This document shows, in pieces, positions 61,801 to 64,000 of a stretch of DNA of 64,000 bases. Under the pieces are notes generated by a model. It did not search any database. It worked only from the letters and a program-made list of their open reading frames with translations, and had not been told where the DNA came from. The stretch is from an uncultured Pelagibacteraceae bacterium (lineage in GTDB: Bacteria; Pseudomonadota; Alphaproteobacteria; Pelagibacterales; Pelagibacteraceae). The DNA lies in the NCBI GenBank assembly GCA_902558705.1, contig CACEEW010000002.1, positions 12,547 to 76,546 on the forward strand. Direction: 5' to 3'. The translations under genes were made by a program, and so were the position numbers. Position 1 is the first letter of the stretch, and the number at the start of each line of letters is the position of its first letter.

Positions 61801-62752
61801 GTTTGAGCTGATAAATAAATACTTTTCCAAATTATCCAAAAATAATAAAGGTTCACTTAGATTAAATGATGATGTTTTTTTTGATAAATCAAAAAATTTA
61901 GTAATTTCAATTGATACTTATCTACAAGGTACACATTTTATTGATTTTAAAAGACCTGATTTAGTAATTAAAAAAATTATCAGATCTTCTATCTCAGATC
62001 TAATTTGTAAAGGTGTTAAACCATTGTATTATTTTATTTCTGGCTCAGGTAATAAAAAAACTTTTTCAAACACAAATTTAAAAAAAATTTCTAAATCTTT
62101 AAACCAAGAACAAAAAAAATATAAAATTTTTCTATGTGGAGGTGACACCATATTATCTAATAAACTAAGTTTTTCAATTACCTCTGTAGGATTTTCAAAA
62201 AAAATAATACCTAGAAACAATGCTAAATTAGGTGATGATATTTACGTTACAGGTAATTTAGGAGATAGCTATGCTGGACTAAGGATTTTAAAGAAAAGTA
62301 TCAATGTAAATAAGAATCTAAAAAAATATTTTGTAAATAAGTATTATTTACCCAATCTTCATCCTAAATTAACAAATAAGTTATTATTATTTGCCAACAC
62401 TTCTATAGATATTTCTGATGGATTAATTTCAGATTTAGAAAAAGTTATAAATAAACAAAAACTATCTTATAAATTATTTTTTGATGAAATGCCGATATCA
62501 AAAAATTTAGAAAAATTAATAAAACTAAAAAAATTTAATAAAAAAAATTTCTTTTCAAAAGGAGATGATTATCAAATTCTATTTACAGCTAATTCATCTA
62601 AATCCAGAATCATTAGTAAATTTAGCAAAACATTGAATGTTAAGATTTCTAAAATTGGAAAAATTTGTTCGATATCTCAAAAATCACAAATTATTGATCA
62701 AAAAGGGAAGAAAATTAGGCTTAAAGACAAAGGTTATTATCATCAATTTTAA
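61793..62752 (+). CDS. thiL: Thiamine-monophosphate kinase
   Basis: EFELI..YF, DD, G.HF, SDL..KG..P, GGDT, VTG.LG, IDISDGL, GDDY, GY.H. Confidence 0.94.
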   Translation: MHEFELINKYFSKLSKNNKGSLRLNDDVFFDKSKNLVISIDTYLQGTHFIDFKRPDLVIKKIIRSSISDLICKGVKPLYYFISGSGNKKTFSNTNLKKISKSLNQEQKKYKIFLCGGDTILSNKLSFSITSVGFSKKIIPRNNAKLGDDIYVTGNLGDSYAGLRILKKSINVNKNLKKYFVNKYYLPNLHPKLTNKLLLFANTSIDISDGLISDLEKVINKQKLSYKLFFDEMPISKNLEKLIKLKKFNKKNFFSKGDDYQILFTANSSKSRIISKFSKTLNVKISKIGKICSISQKSQIIDQKGKKIRLKDKGYYHQF

Positions 62753-62762
62753 AAGTTAATTA

Positions 62763-62790
62763 TTGCCTTTTATATGCTTTTTTGTATTGT
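62763..62790 (+). promoter_or_regulatory. Putative hppA promoter
   Basis: TTGCCT (62763-68), 16 nt, TATTGT (62785-90), followed by GCGAA. Confidence 0.45.
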
Positions 62791-62834
62791 GCGAATTTTA
62801 ATAACTAACAACCAACAACTTATTTAAGGTCAAT

Positions 62835-64000
62835 ATGAACTCAAACGTTGAAACTATTCTTTTATATACTATTGCAGCAGGTTTTTTATCTATCGTTTAT
62901 GGATATTTCACTGGAAAAAATATTTTAAGCTCAAGCGCAGGAAATTCTAAAATGCAAGAAATAGCTTCAGCTATTCAAATTGGAGCTAAAGCATATTTAG
63001 CAAGACAATATAAAACTATTGCAATTGTTGGTGTAGTTGTATTGGTAATAGTAAGTATAGCTTTTAGTCCTCTTGTTGGTTTAGGTTATTTAATTGGAGC
63101 TGCTTTGTCTGGTATAGCCGGATATGTTGGAATGTTAGTTTCAGTTGAAGCTAATGTAAGAACTGCGGAAGCTTCTAGAAAAAGTTTAGCAAGTGGTTTA
63201 TCAGTTGCTTTTAAATCTGGTGCAGTGACAGGAATGTTAGTTGCTGGTTTAGCATTATTGTCAATTGCTGTTTATTATTATCTACTATTGAAATTTAATA
63301 TTGATGAAAGAGAAATTGTAAACGCTTTAGTTGCCTTAGGATTTGGTGCATCCTTAATATCGATTTTTGCAAGATTAGGTGGAGGGATATTCACAAAAGG
63401 AGCTGATGTCGGAGCTGACTTAGTTGGAAAAGTTGAAGCCGGCATACCAGAGGATGATCCTCGAAATCCAGCTGTAATTGCTGACAATGTCGGTGATAAT
63501 GTAGGTGATTGCGCAGGTATGGCAGCTGATTTATTTGAAACATATGCTGTGACTATTGTTGCTACAATGGTTTTGTCATCTATTTTTTTCCAAGGTGATA
63601 TGTCTATGATGATTTATCCTTTAACTATTGGTGGAGCTTGTATTTTAACATCTATATTGGGTACTTTCTTTGTACAATTAGGAAAAAGTAAAAATGTAAT
63701 GAATGCGTTATACAAGGGCTTTGTAGTTTCAGCTGTTTCGTCGCTAATAATACTTTATCCAGTTACTGACTATGTATTAGGTTTAGACAAGACATACAAT
63801 TTAGATAATAAAGTTTTTACAGGAATGAGTTTGTACTATTGTGGAATTATAGGTTTAGTAATAACGGGCTTATTAATTTGGGTTACCGAGTATTACACAG
63901 GAACTAATTACAGACCTGTTAGAAGCGTAGCTAGTTCATCCACTACAGGTCATGGAACAAATGTTATTCAAGGATTAGCTGTTTCACTAGAAGCTACAGC
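62835..64000 (+). CDS. hppA: Membrane-bound H+/Na+-translocating pyrophosphatase (3'-partial; absent from the ORF track)
   Basis: Manual translation from ATG 62835: [30 protein letters not shown], then [31 protein letters not shown] and [23 protein letters not shown]; runs off the window end. Confidence 0.97.
   Translation, partial: MNSNVETILLYTIAAGFLSIVYGYFTGKNILSSSAGNSKMQEIASAIQIGAKAYLARQYKTIAIVGVVVLVIVSIAFSPLVGLGYLIGAALSGIAGYVGMLVSVEANVRTAEASRKSLASGLSVAFKSGAVTGMLVAGLALLSIAVYYYLLLKFNIDEREIVNALVALGFGASLISIFARLGGGIFTKGADVGADLVGKVEAGIPEDDPRNPAVIADNVGDNVGDCAGMAADLFETYAVTIVATMVLSSIFFQGDMSMMIYPLTIGGACILTSILGTFFVQLGKSKNVMNALYKGFVVSAVSSLIILYPVTDYVLGLDKTYNLDNKVFTGMSLYYCGIIGLVITGLLIWVTEYYTGTNYRPVRSVASSSTTGHGTNVIQGLAVSLEAT

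Noticed and set aside
400-63487. About 25 short alternative-frame or antisense ORFs in the track (e.g. 400-690, 4023-4274, 34107-34493, 36815-37222, 39227-39538, 51223-51594, 63278-63487)
   Set aside because: All lie within or across well-conserved genes, read as codon shadows (F/L/I/S-rich) and show no family motifs.
1-64000. CRISPR array, IS elements, toxin-antitoxin or anti-phage defence systems, rRNA
   Set aside because: No repeat-spacer arrays, transposases or defence domains recognised; nearly all bases belong to identifiable core genes.
62835-64000. Assigning H+ versus Na+ specificity or K+ dependence to the pyrophosphatase
   Set aside because: The diagnostic GNTT(K/A)A region and other determinants lie beyond the window end.

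Overview
Very AT-rich, almost gap-free core chromosome of a streamlined marine alphaproteobacterium; gene content, order and protein sequences point to SAR11 / Ca. Pelagibacter (inference). Contents in order: 3' part of rpoC; str-S10-spc-alpha ribosomal supercluster (no tuf, no rpmD); a housekeeping block (RluA-family synthase, lipB, mgtE, panC, galU, ugd, Rid-family, topA, plsY, pyrC', pyrB, ruvX); gatCAB plus an O-methyltransferase, trhO, a MATE pump and a nuclease; a soxBDAG sarcosine-oxidase operon with a solute-binding protein and permease; tRNA-Ser(GCT); slt; the dapA to recO operon; hemB; an uncharacterised 2OG-Fe(II) oxygenase heading the rpiB-glyA-nrdR-rib-nusB-thiL operon; and the 5' part of hppA. 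I saw no mobile element, CRISPR array, prophage or defence system. Best leads, all untested hypotheses: (1) a TrmR-like methyltransferase translationally coupled to trhO, a possible mo5U34 tRNA pathway; (2) a sox-linked, ATPase-less transporter whose permease has a lipobox; (3) the orphan oxygenase, with a GCGACAAAT motif shared with the sox promoter region; (4) remodelled Zn sites in RpoC and NrdR and a shortened Rel; (5) recurrent leaderless-looking promoters. All calls come from reading the sequence; no searches were run.
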